Part shown: positions 41,333 to 50,861 of the stretch, one piece after another | Numbering within the stretch: position 1 is the first letter of the stretch | Layout of the letters: each line of letters opens with the position of its first letter | Virus record (IMG/VR): IMGVR_UViG_3300020148_000032 | DNA from: a virus | Taxonomy: Duplodnaviria > Caudoviricetes | Direction: 5' to 3' (one strand) | Length of the DNA: 64,000 nt | Position numbers and translations under genes: made by a program | The notes under the pieces: generated by a model | The model's input: only the letters and a program-made list of their open reading frames with translations | The model's database searches: none | Told to the model about the DNA's origin: nothing

Positions 41333-41377
41333 AAAGAATCCGTCTACTCTACAACAGAGTTTAAGACGGATTCTTTT
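41333..41377. terminator. inverted repeat / terminator
   Basis: aaaagaatccgtct...agacggattctttt. Confidence 0.6.
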
Positions 41378-41437
41378 AGAGGTAAAGAACTCATCACTAT
41401 TGACATAAAATGCCGAGTAGTGACAGACTAACGTTGT

Positions 41438-41995
41438 TTAGTTCATATTAAAAGCGCGCAATTGACCACTGAATACATCTTCAGGATTGATTTTGTTATT
41501 TGGAGAATCATCCATGATATCAATATTACTGGACCCAAAAGCGTCAGTGACAGGAGTCTTTGAAAGTTCATCAAAAGAGACTAATTGAACTTTGTTCTCG
41601 TTTTTGATGAGTTCTACAATAGCTTTCTTCGTAGGTTCGTTTAACTCTGGAAAACCTTCAACAGTTTTCTTAATTCTAGAATAAAGTTCATAATTTCCGC
41701 CGAACCACTTCTCTACTAATTCATCAGTACTTGAAACATCAACAAGTGTTTCCTTATCTTTAAGACCAAGATTAAGAAGAGTTCCTTTTAATAAATCTCT
41801 ATTTTGTGAGAACAATGACTTTTTTACTGAAACGGAGGCTGATCCAAATTCAGACACTAAAGATTCTTGAGCAGATTTAACTGCGGCTTCTTTAGAAGTA
41901 AAATGATTGTCCTGACCAGAGTCACCACCGAAGCGACATTTGATCTTAGCGTGACAAACCTTTACTTCGCCTTTAGCATTAATATGATACTTCAT
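41438..41995 (-). CDS. HCCH-module protein #5
   Basis: KYHINAKGEVKVCHAKIKCRFGG....HF. Confidence 0.8.
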   Translation of the reverse strand: MKYHINAKGEVKVCHAKIKCRFGGDSGQDNHFTSKEAAVKSAQESLVSEFGSASVSVKKSLFSQNRDLLKGTLLNLGLKDKETLVDVSSTDELVEKWFGGNYELYSRIKKTVEGFPELNEPTKKAIVELIKNENKVQLVSFDELSKTPVTDAFGSSNIDIMDDSPNNKINPEDVFSGQLRAFNMN

Positions 41996-42036
41996 GAGAA
42001 ATCCTCGATTAATTTTATTTATTTTCTAACTCATTA

Positions 42037-42963
42037 TTAAGAAAAGATTGTTGATAAAAACTTCCAACCCGATAAGACAATAAGAACTCCAAAGAACGGA
42101 ACGAAAAGATAACGCTCCACAACTCCACCTGCTTTAATACTTGTAAAACGAGTATTCCACCAGAATTTACCTTTAAGTTTTGCAGATAATGGGAACAAAA
42201 TTGGAACTCCAGCAGTAGTGAAAGCATCACCAACAATATGAATAATCATACCAAGGGCAACAGAAACCCCAAGCCACCAATAATCTAAATCTTTAGGTAA
42301 ATTCACAAATATAGAATATGTCACCACAAAACTTACCACAAAGGCAATAAGCTCACCAAGAGGACCCGACGTCTTAATAGATTTCATAAAATCTTTACCA
42401 ATACTTGACAAAGACAAGTGAACAAGAATATAGGTAATAAGTAATGCAACAAGAGTTCCATACTCAATATTCCCAATCATAGGTAGTGTAGTTGAACCAC
42501 CTATTCTAGTTCCAAGTATAGTCATACCCCCAAGGAACAAAGCCGCCGGTATAGTATGCCAAGCTCCACGGTGAGGGTTAGGGGTTAGGTCATCCCTCTT
42601 AGTGCGAATAGTCGTTTGTAAGAAAACAGACGAACCTCTAAAGATAGCTGATAAAATGTTACCTAACAATCCAAGACTATTCTCAGCAGTAGAGACACTA
42701 TTATCAAGGTCATTAATGAGAGCGGCTCCAGCCGTCACAATACATGCAAGAGTTACAACCCAAACGTCATAAGTTCCAAAAAGTCTTTCAAAGTAATCAG
42801 GCCAAAAAGCAAAAAAAGTAAGGAAAAGAGCAATAGCACTAAGTGAATGAGTGAACCCCATAAAACCGTGGGCTTCATAATATCTCTTTTTAAGATAATG
42901 TAAAACTATAGAGAAGTCATTCCCTCTAGGGGGATGGATAAGACATTCGTCTTGGTTTTGCAT
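42037..42963 (-). CDS. YdjM-like membrane metal-dependent hydrolase
   Basis: MGFTH, DLD, HRGAWHT, HIVGDAFT..GVP motifs, multi-TM. Confidence 0.85.
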   Translation of the reverse strand: MQNQDECLIHPPRGNDFSIVLHYLKKRYYEAHGFMGFTHSLSAIALFLTFFAFWPDYFERLFGTYDVWVVTLACIVTAGAALINDLDNSVSTAENSLGLLGNILSAIFRGSSVFLQTTIRTKRDDLTPNPHRGAWHTIPAALFLGGMTILGTRIGGSTTLPMIGNIEYGTLVALLITYILVHLSLSSIGKDFMKSIKTSGPLGELIAFVVSFVVTYSIFVNLPKDLDYWWLGVSVALGMIIHIVGDAFTTAGVPILFPLSAKLKGKFWWNTRFTSIKAGGVVERYLFVPFFGVLIVLSGWKFLSTIFS

Positions 42964-43047
42964 ATAATCCTCTTTCAATATGTTGAGTAAAAAGAAATAT
43001 CGGTTCTTGAAAACTCTAAGAACCGATACTTCCCTAACAAACAGTTA

Positions 43048-45492
43048 TTACACTATTTGAGAATGACCAAAATTTATATCTCCAGTAAAGTCAACACCAC
43101 GAGCGGCACGCTTCGAAAGGGTCGGAAGAATAGACGCATTATGGAATTTTGCCATAGACATAATAGGGTTATTAGAGATAAACGCTTGAACAAGTCGGGT
43201 TTCACCCTTCTTGAAAGTATGCAAAGCAACACCCTGCGCACCCTTATTCTTTGTTGGAATCTCAGTAATAGGAGTAGCTTTCAATGTTTGATCCCCTTGA
43301 GAGTAAATAAAGGTGTCTTTATCCTTGATAGACTTCACCCAACCAAAGTAAATAGCCTCATCAGAGTCATTCTTCAACTTGATACCTCGGACACCACCAG
43401 CTTTAGAACCAGAAGCTCGAATAGAAGCAGCATCAAAAACAAGTATGTTTGATTCCTTAGTGACAAACGAGAAGTGTGTGCCATCGAGTGACTTATCAAG
43501 CCAAACGGCTGAAAGAACAGCGTCATCATCGTCAATAAGAATAACTGGGAATTCATCCTTATTCGGGAAATCAACCTTAGAAACTTTCACAAGTCCCTTC
43601 TTTGTACCAAGAGCAACACCAACATCATTCTTACCAAGAGTATCCTTAGCAATACCAATGATAGTGACTCCCTTAGGTAGGTCAAGGCCAAGAGTTCTTG
43701 GTGTACTAACAGCATCAGTATTCAAGTATGAAAGAGGAATGCGACGACCAATACCGTCGCTTCCAATAAGAACAATATTATCATTCGTATTCATACTCAA
43801 TTGACCAAGTATCGGCCCATTCTTGAACTTCTTCAAAGTGGGGTTATACTTGAATGCCGAATCACCCTTAATAATGACATTATCAACAAACAAGTTTACA
43901 AAGCAAGGACTGTCTTTTACCTCAACCTTAATATCTTTAGCAAGAGCCTTTTCAGTCTCAATAGCCTCTTCAGTTGTCATATTAGAGATAACAGTCTTAC
44001 GTTCGTCTCCAATAATTTTGAGAGTTTCATCAAACTCTTTAATGAGGTAATCACGAAGAACACCCTCATCACGCAAAAGTTTCTTAATGTAAGAAATCTC
44101 TGCAGTAAGCTCTTTCTTCTCAGTTTGAAGAGCAACAGAATCCATCTTAGTTAAACGACGAAGTTTAAGCTCAAGAACATAATTAGCCTGCTCTTCATCA
44201 ATTTTGAAAGTTTTCTGAAGTTTAGTATTAGCAACAGTATCGTTATCTGACTTACGAATAATAGCGATAGCAGCATCAATATCTAAAAGGGTTTTCAAAA
44301 GACCCTCAATAAGATGAAGTCGATTATTTTTCTTGTTAAGAGAGTGAGTCATCTTATTCTTGATACACATTTTGCGGAATTCAATAAAATCAAGCAGCAA
44401 ATCCTTCATTGAAGATACTACCGGGCGATTATTCACAATAGTAGTAATGTTCACTGAGAAGTTAGATTCAAGGCTTGTCCCAGCAAAAAGATCTTTAAGA
44501 ACCTTCTTGTAGTTCACTCCATTCTTCGTTTCAATCACAAGTCGAATAGGGTGCTTGAGGTCTGACAAGTCCTTATAATTAGCAATTTCCTTAAAACCTC
44601 CAGTTGCAGACTTTTTCTGTATTTCTTCAATAATCTTTTCTGGATAAGTACCGAAAGGAATTTCGTAAAATTCAATCCTTGTGCTGCCGCGCTGACCAGG
44701 GATAACATCATACTGACCACGAATCTTGAATGAACCCTTACCAGTCTCGAGGTACTCTTTAATACCATCATTAGAAGTAATAAGACCACCCATGTTAAAG
44801 TCAGGTCCCTGAACAATTTTTGCAATAGAAGCAGTAGTAGCATTAGGGTTACGCACTAAAGTCTTACATGCCTGCATGATCTCAGTAGGATTATGAGAAG
44901 GCATAGATGAAGCATAACCAACAGCGATACCAGAACCCCCGTTAATGACAGCAATTGGCCAACGCACTGGAAGTCGAGTAGGTTCATCAAGTTTGCCGTC
45001 ATAGTTTTTACCCATAGTGACAGCGTTCTCGGCGAGCTCTTCAACATTCAACCAAGCGGCTTTATTAAGTCTTGCCTCAAGATAACGACCAGCAGCACCA
45101 GGAGTACCAGGAACACCGAAGTCGCCCTTACCGTCAATAAGAGGTACGCGGAAAATGTGGTCACGAGCAAGATTCTTCAAAGCGTCACTTACTGACGAGT
45201 CACCGTGAGGGTGGTACGCAAGAACACGACCAGCAAGAGTTGCAACCTTAGATCTGTTAGAGTTAGGAGTCAAACCATCCTTATACATTGAGTAAAGAAT
45301 ACGTTTCTGAACTGGCTTAAGACCCGAAACGTCTACAAGAGCTCGATCAAGAACATATGACCAAGAATATGGGAGGAAGTTATCAGTCAAAAATTTTTCA
45401 ACTGGAGTAACCTCAACAGTTCCAGCAATATTTTGGAATTTAGCCTTCTTTGCTTTGAGGTCCTCATCATTCAATACTTTCTTACGTGCCAT
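43048..45492 (-). CDS. type IIA topoisomerase subunit A (GyrA/ParC-like)
   Basis: GLKPVQKRILY, YHPHGD, AAGRY (catalytic Tyr), GIAVG, GPDF, pinwheel CTD. Confidence 0.95.
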   Translation of the reverse strand: MARKKVLNDEDLKAKKAKFQNIAGTVEVTPVEKFLTDNFLPYSWSYVLDRALVDVSGLKPVQKRILYSMYKDGLTPNSNRSKVATLAGRVLAYHPHGDSSVSDALKNLARDHIFRVPLIDGKGDFGVPGTPGAAGRYLEARLNKAAWLNVEELAENAVTMGKNYDGKLDEPTRLPVRWPIAVINGGSGIAVGYASSMPSHNPTEIMQACKTLVRNPNATTASIAKIVQGPDFNMGGLITSNDGIKEYLETGKGSFKIRGQYDVIPGQRGSTRIEFYEIPFGTYPEKIIEEIQKKSATGGFKEIANYKDLSDLKHPIRLVIETKNGVNYKKVLKDLFAGTSLESNFSVNITTIVNNRPVVSSMKDLLLDFIEFRKMCIKNKMTHSLNKKNNRLHLIEGLLKTLLDIDAAIAIIRKSDNDTVANTKLQKTFKIDEEQANYVLELKLRRLTKMDSVALQTEKKELTAEISYIKKLLRDEGVLRDYLIKEFDETLKIIGDERKTVISNMTTEEAIETEKALAKDIKVEVKDSPCFVNLFVDNVIIKGDSAFKYNPTLKKFKNGPILGQLSMNTNDNIVLIGSDGIGRRIPLSYLNTDAVSTPRTLGLDLPKGVTIIGIAKDTLGKNDVGVALGTKKGLVKVSKVDFPNKDEFPVILIDDDDAVLSAVWLDKSLDGTHFSFVTKESNILVFDAASIRASGSKAGGVRGIKLKNDSDEAIYFGWVKSIKDKDTFIYSQGDQTLKATPITEIPTKNKGAQGVALHTFKKGETRLVQAFISNNPIMSMAKFHNASILPTLSKRAARGVDFTGDINFGHSQIV

Positions 45493-45618
45493 TACTTACT
45501 TACCATCCTTGCGTTAAAAATAGAGTACATCACTACTATTTTATCAAAATCGAACGTAGAATTAATATATCAACTTTAAAGGAGTTAGAAAATATTCTAA
45601 CAACAAAGGTAGGTTCTT

Positions 45619-46527
45619 ATGAAAATCCACATTACCCGAGAAGGTGACGCACGGCCATGTTTCGCTGAGAAAGGAAACTGTCCATTCGGTGGCGAAAGCG
45701 ACCATTATCCAAACGCTCAAGTTGCACGAGAAGCATACGAAGAAAAAATGGCGAACATTGGAAATGCTCTCAAAAGCATCACCTCTCAAGAACAAAGAGA
45801 ATTAGATGAGCTTGAGGCAAAAATCTATAAAGATCACACTGATCTTCCAGATGACTGGCGAATATCAAAAAGCCGTTACTCTCTAGAATTGTCCTCTATC
45901 ACTCCAACTCTAGGACTTGCCCCAACCGGACCGAACGGATCTCCATTAAAATTGCTTGATGGAAACCCACGCACTGAAGAGAAAGATGGATTATGGGTAG
46001 TCACAAGTGCAGAAATTGCCATCTCAGGTCCATTCTCAACAGTCAAAGACGTGAAAGACTACTTTGCTCAATACAGGAAAGATGCTAGTGAAGGGAAACT
46101 ACCTGGTACTGGAGTGACTCCAGACATGTGGGACGGAGCGCCACCATCACGAAAGCGTTCACCACGAACAACTAAACCCCACTCATCACAAAAAACTAGG
46201 TCTAGCTCTTCACTTCCAGTTCGAAAGACTAAAAAAGGTGAATACATCTGGTTTAACACTGAGGAAAAAGCAAAAGCCACTCGAAAAGAACTAGACTCTC
46301 AAGGTTATGATGTTTCAAAACTTCCAAAAGAGGACTACAGTAAAAAATACTTTATCTCTCGATCAGCAACATCATTCTCTAAAAGAATCGAAAGAGGTTT
46401 CGCAACAAAAGCACAACTTGATAAATACATGAAAGACTGGAATCGTTATGATCACCTCCATGACAGTATAGAGGTTATTGACAGAGACACTATCCTCAAT
46501 CAAGCCGGAAGAAAACTCATTCCATAA
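45619..46527 (+). CDS. HCCH-module protein #6
   Basis: KIHITREGDARPCFAEKGNCPFGGESDHY...AREAYE. Confidence 0.8.
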   Translation: MKIHITREGDARPCFAEKGNCPFGGESDHYPNAQVAREAYEEKMANIGNALKSITSQEQRELDELEAKIYKDHTDLPDDWRISKSRYSLELSSITPTLGLAPTGPNGSPLKLLDGNPRTEEKDGLWVVTSAEIAISGPFSTVKDVKDYFAQYRKDASEGKLPGTGVTPDMWDGAPPSRKRSPRTTKPHSSQKTRSSSSLPVRKTKKGEYIWFNTEEKAKATRKELDSQGYDVSKLPKEDYSKKYFISRSATSFSKRIERGFATKAQLDKYMKDWNRYDHLHDSIEVIDRDTILNQAGRKLIP

Positions 46528-46543
46528 CACGCCTCCTCTAAAA

Positions 46544-46587
46544 AGTAAGGCACCGCGGGTTACCCTCCTTTACCGCGGTGTCTTACT
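46544..46587. terminator. terminator-like hairpin
   Basis: agtaaggcaccgcgg...ccgcggtgtcttact between convergent genes. Confidence 0.7.
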
Positions 46588-46642
46588 AGAAAGAGCTAAT
46601 TAGTTGGCTGTCGAGTAATAGTAATAAAAAAGCTATCATTTA

Positions 46643-47335
46643 TCAAAGCTTTCTACAAGTACTACAATACAATCGCACCTTGGCTCTCTTATTAGACTCA
46701 GACACACAATACTCTCTATCACAACGAGAACACGTTAGCTCTACTCCACCAAAAGACAATGAATAACACTTACGAGAGCAATACTTACCCCTGCCATCCC
46801 TTACCCTGCTAGGGTTAGTAGAGAACAACTCAGAACATTGTAAACATTCTCTCAAAAAAGTCGTCCGCATAGAATCATACAAACAATCAAGTGAGCAATA
46901 CTTCGCATTCCAACGCTCAGAGCGAGTGAAAGTCACCCGGAAGGAAGTACCACACATTTCACAAAAAATATCTACCGCCGGAAGCAAACTTCTAGGTGAC
47001 TCTAACTCTTCCATTACTAAAGACCGCAAACGCTTAATTAATATTTCAGTCACTTCCTGTGCTTGCCTTACCTCATTACACAACAAATGCGCAGGTTTAA
47101 TATTTTCTATCGTGTCACTACCACCTAAAGATTTCGGAATAACATGATCTTCGCTGAAAGAAAGAACATTCTGAACACGAGAACCATCAGGATAAAACAC
47201 ATAAGAATCAAGAGTAGTGTCAATAGAGTAACCACAAATCCAACACAACTCCGACTTTGCCCAATAAAGACCCTTCACATAAGCGGACTTTCGAAACTTT
47301 TCTAGATTACTCACAGGTAAGAACTCCACAATCAA
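46643..47335 (-). CDS. HNH endonuclease with C-terminal zinc-ribbon repeats
   Basis: CWICG...EDHVIPKSLGG.D...NIKPAH..CN; repeated CxxC...KYCSxxC. Confidence 0.85.
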   Translation of the reverse strand: MIVEFLPVSNLEKFRKSAYVKGLYWAKSELCWICGYSIDTTLDSYVFYPDGSRVQNVLSFSEDHVIPKSLGGSDTIENIKPAHLLCNEVRQAQEVTEILIKRLRSLVMEELESPRSLLPAVDIFCEMCGTSFRVTFTRSERWNAKYCSLDCLYDSMRTTFLRECLQCSELFSTNPSRVRDGRGKYCSRKCYSLSFGGVELTCSRCDREYCVSESNKRAKVRLYCSTCRKL

Positions 47336-47507
47336 ACACTTCTAAAGAGTTATATTTCTTGCAATAGTTAAAGTAATAAAAGGTCATTCTCCCTTTGTGC
47401 TTCTGTTTGAAATTTTTATGACAAGTAGAGCAAGAGCTCTCAAAAGAAACAGCACCGCAATACTTACAATTAGCGGTGCTGTTTCCACAAAGGGAGCAAA
47501 TATTCAC
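47307..47507 (-). CDS. small Cys-rich protein
   Basis: three CxxC pairs, directly downstream of the topoisomerase B gene. Confidence 0.4.
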   Translation of the reverse strand: MNICSLCGNSTANCKYCGAVSFESSCSTCHKNFKQKHKGRMTFYYFNYCKKYNSLEVFDCGVLTCE

Positions 47508-47513
47508 AAATAT

Positions 47514-49643
47514 TTAATCCGTACCAGACTCAAAACCCTCAACAAGTCCAGTTTCAACGGCTACCGAGAAGTTATCACTCATGAAATCCTTACGTTCTTG
47601 TGATGAATCACCCATAGTAAGAATAAGAGCTTCCTCGGCTTTCTTCACGTCTTCAAGTGTAATGCGCTTGAGGACACGCTTCTCAGGATCAAGTACAGTG
47701 TCATAGAAGCTTTGCGGCTCCATCTCTCCTAATCCTTTGTTTCGGTCAACCTTATACGTCTTACCATTCTTCTCAAGTCGCTTCAAAATCTGTGCAAGTT
47801 CTGGCTCACCAGCCGCATACTCAACAACCTGATTCTTACCAGTACCAACAGTGACCTCAAAAAGTGGCGGTACAGTCTGATACACACGACCCTCAGCAAC
47901 CATATCCTTAAACAAACGATGGAAGACTGTATAAAGAAGGTTGTTAATTTGCAGACCATCCACGTCGGCGTCGGCAGCGAATAATACTCTACCATACCTT
48001 ACCTTCGAGATATCAAAATGATTACCAAAACCACCACCTAAAGCCTTAGCAATATCCATTACTTCCTTATTAGCAAGAATAGCAGAATTAGCAGCCTTCA
48101 AACTATTCAAAACCTTACCACGCACAGGAAGAACAGCCTGATAAGTAGCATCACGAGCCTTCTTAATAGTACCAGCAGCCGAATCACCCTCGCAAATCAA
48201 CAACTCGCACTCATCAGTACCAGTAAGATCACAATCAGCAAGTTTAGCAGGCATAGAACTACTCGACACCTGATTAGACTTACGCTTAGCAAGCTTCGCC
48301 TCGCTAGCAGCCAAACGATTCTTACTAGCTTGAACAACCTTCTCAAACATCGGTTTCAAAAATGCCTGATTACCAGAAGCCTCAACAAAACGACCCAACA
48401 AATCAGTAAAAGCCTTAGTCAAAGCCTTCTCCAACTCAGGGCCACTAATCTTATCCTTCTGCTGACCAGCAAACTGTGGCTCAGGAACATTCACACTCAA
48501 AGCCACAGTAAGACCCTCAAAATAATCATCAAGAATAGGTGGCTCATCCTTAGCGCTCAACACACCACGCATACTAGACATACGATCACCAAAAGTCTTC
48601 ACAAGAGCCTTCTCGAAAGCACGCTCATGCACACCCCCAAGGTGCGTGTGAATCGTATTTACGAAGCTTGCAAAAGACTTCTCATAACCAACACCATACC
48701 TAAACGCAACCTCAGCAGTCGCCACACGACTCACATCACTCAAATGACCAGCCTCATCAGCAGCAATCTCACTATAATGAGCCTCAGTCTTCAAATGATA
48801 AATACCCTTACTAGTAAAAATATTACCCTTACTATTCGTACCAGGGAGGAGCTCATCACTACTCAAAGCTTCAACCATCTCAGGAAGACCATGCTCGCTA
48901 TAAAATTCCCACGAATAAAAACTTCCATCCTCATACTGACGATTTTCATCCACAACAGTAATACGCAACTTAGGAACAATATAAGAAATATAACGCAAAC
49001 GATCAACAAGATTATCAATGTCAATACGCTCATCCGCAGGGAAACGATCCTGATTATACCACAACCGAATCAACGTACCAGTTTTAAACAACTTCTTATC
49101 AGCCGCCGGGCGAGTATCAGCAACGCTCTTTACCTTATCACCAGGAGTAAACTTAGCATCTGGACCTTCCCCCGCAAAATGACCCGAATAACCATTCTGG
49201 AAACTCAACGAGAATTCTTTACCCTCTTTATAAACAATAGCATCAAAACGCTTAGATAAAGCATTCGTTACTGAGGCACCCACACCGTTTAGACCAGCTC
49301 CAGCCTTACCCGCAGCCACGTTATTACTAAAGTTCGCACCAGCATGAAGTGTTGCCATTGTAAGTATGATACCGTTGACGCCGGTTTTCTTGTTAATGTC
49401 TGTTGGAAGCCCCCGCCCGTCGTCTTGGACGCTTGCCATACCGTCTTTACCGAAGGTGACGTGGACTCTAGTGGCGTAGCCTCTTAAAGATTCATGAACA
49501 GAGTTATCGATGATTTCTCGTAAACCTACAGATTGTTGACTACCTCTGTCACCGAGGTACATACTCGGTCTTTTCCATACTGAGATGGGATATTCAAGTT
49601 TAGTAATTTCGTCAGCTGTATAGCTATCGTTTTTTGTTGTCAT
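47514..49643 (-). CDS. type IIA topoisomerase subunit B (GyrB/ParE-like)
   Basis: RPSMYLG, EIIDNS, DDGRGLP, GLNGVG.S..NALS, EGDSA, PVRGK, DADVDG, KGLGEM. Confidence 0.96.
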   Translation of the reverse strand: MTTKNDSYTADEITKLEYPISVWKRPSMYLGDRGSQQSVGLREIIDNSVHESLRGYATRVHVTFGKDGMASVQDDGRGLPTDINKKTGVNGIILTMATLHAGANFSNNVAAGKAGAGLNGVGASVTNALSKRFDAIVYKEGKEFSLSFQNGYSGHFAGEGPDAKFTPGDKVKSVADTRPAADKKLFKTGTLIRLWYNQDRFPADERIDIDNLVDRLRYISYIVPKLRITVVDENRQYEDGSFYSWEFYSEHGLPEMVEALSSDELLPGTNSKGNIFTSKGIYHLKTEAHYSEIAADEAGHLSDVSRVATAEVAFRYGVGYEKSFASFVNTIHTHLGGVHERAFEKALVKTFGDRMSSMRGVLSAKDEPPILDDYFEGLTVALSVNVPEPQFAGQQKDKISGPELEKALTKAFTDLLGRFVEASGNQAFLKPMFEKVVQASKNRLAASEAKLAKRKSNQVSSSSMPAKLADCDLTGTDECELLICEGDSAAGTIKKARDATYQAVLPVRGKVLNSLKAANSAILANKEVMDIAKALGGGFGNHFDISKVRYGRVLFAADADVDGLQINNLLYTVFHRLFKDMVAEGRVYQTVPPLFEVTVGTGKNQVVEYAAGEPELAQILKRLEKNGKTYKVDRNKGLGEMEPQSFYDTVLDPEKRVLKRITLEDVKKAEEALILTMGDSSQERKDFMSDNFSVAVETGLVEGFESGTD

Positions 49644-49661
49644 GTATACTTACTCCATTTG

Positions 49662-50393
49662 TTACTTGCGTAGTTTAGATATATTATCAGGTAGATGTGC
49701 GAGCGTCGAATCTATAAGGTTTTTATAAGACCCGTCTCGAATCTCGTCTTCCCATATGTCTATTATTATTATACCGAATTGTTGTGCAGCTAGTTCTTTT
49801 TTAAGTAAATGATAACTAGGTCCATTTTTGAAACGGGTATCGTTTTCTTTTAAAGAGAGTGGGATAGAGTCAGAGTATTTGTCATGTGTTTTGAAGTCTT
49901 GTATTTCGAACCCTATATTGTAATCTTCTAGTAATATGTCTATTTCAAGAAGGGTATTTTTGTATTTGATTGGTCGAGTGTTTCTTTTGTAAGAAATGTT
50001 TAGAGAATCGAGGTATGAGCAGATTGGGTCTTCTAAAGACGCTTTCTTTTTATTATCTAGGTGGGGTAGAGCAGAGTTTCTTATTTTAGTAATTCCAAAA
50101 TAGAGTAAGTAATCTACTCGTGTTGGTAAACGTTGATTATTTTTGTGGAAGTCTTTTGCCCATTGTTGAGGGTTTTCGTAGTAATGCTTGATTTCTTGAT
50201 TTACGTTTTTTGTTGATTTGTTTAAATTGAGACATGTTTGAGAGCAGTATTCTTTTGTTCGTGATTTGATGATTGGAAACTTTTGTTGACATGTAGGGCA
50301 TTTTCTTGTGTGTTTTCCACAGTTTTTAGTATTACTAGTTGTTGTGGGGAACTCTTTTTCGCAAATGTTACATTTTCTGGTTTTTGTTTTTAA
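49662..50393 (-). CDS. zinc-finger + Vsr/PD-(D/E)XK-type putative homing endonuclease, absent from the ORF track, start codon unclear
   Basis: manual translation: LKTKTRKCNICEKEF..CPTC..YCSQTC...LEIDILLEDYNIGFEIQD...YHLLKKELAAQQFGIIIIDIWEDEI...KLRK*; no in-frame ATG/GTG/TTG. Confidence 0.75.
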   Translation of the reverse strand, partial: LKTKTRKCNICEKEFPTTTSNTKNCGKHTRKCPTCQQKFPIIKSRTKEYCSQTCLNLNKSTKNVNQEIKHYYENPQQWAKDFHKNNQRLPTRVDYLLYFGITKIRNSALPHLDNKKKASLEDPICSYLDSLNISYKRNTRPIKYKNTLLEIDILLEDYNIGFEIQDFKTHDKYSDSIPLSLKENDTRFKNGPSYHLLKKELAAQQFGIIIIDIWEDEIRDGSYKNLIDSTLAHLPDNISKLRK

Positions 50394-50791
50394 ATGTCGG
50401 AGATTGTGAATTGCTGTGCATCTTTTTCCGCAGAGTTTCTTAGTAGAGAGCGAACATTGTCTCTATATTTAAGATATTCGCCGTTTACCTTATTTTCTAT
50501 TTCTGATAACTCTTTGTTATTTTGTATAAGCTCTAACACATCGTACAAAACGGCAAATTTCTCTAGATCTGTTTTATCCTCCCAACCTTTTTGCTCCCAA
50601 GGGGTTAAGTTTTTTGAAATTTTAGAGAAACTATTCTCGTATTCTTTACTTAGTTTTTGCATATACATGATTGATGCTTCGGCAGGGGTCGCTGCATCGA
50701 AGTGAGAGTCAGCGCCTCCGAATGGGCAGTTCACTTTAGTTGCTTTACAAATAGCAATGTCGCCGTTAGAATTTAAATGATATTTCGCCAT
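50390..50791 (-). CDS. HCCH-module protein #7
   Basis: KYHLNSNGDIAICKATKVNCPFGG...HF; paralog of the N-part of #9. Confidence 0.8.
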   Translation of the reverse strand: MAKYHLNSNGDIAICKATKVNCPFGGADSHFDAATPAEASIMYMQKLSKEYENSFSKISKNLTPWEQKGWEDKTDLEKFAVLYDVLELIQNNKELSEIENKVNGEYLKYRDNVRSLLRNSAEKDAQQFTISDI

Positions 50792-50819
50792 AAGAATAGT
50801 TCTTTATCGTAATATAAGT

Positions 50820-50835
50820 TTTTCTATATAGAAAA
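50820..50835. promoter_or_regulatory. palindromic double TAGAAAA motif serving divergent HCCH genes
   Basis: TTTTCTATATAGAAAA, 35 and 33 nt from the starts at 50791 and 50862. Confidence 0.65.
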
Positions 50836-50861
50836 ATATATGATTAATTTTAGGAGATAAG

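Noticed and set aside
48330-49259. 309-aa + strand ORF antisense to topoisomerase B
   Set aside because: Shadow ORF caused by the extreme C/A skew; no recognisable protein features.
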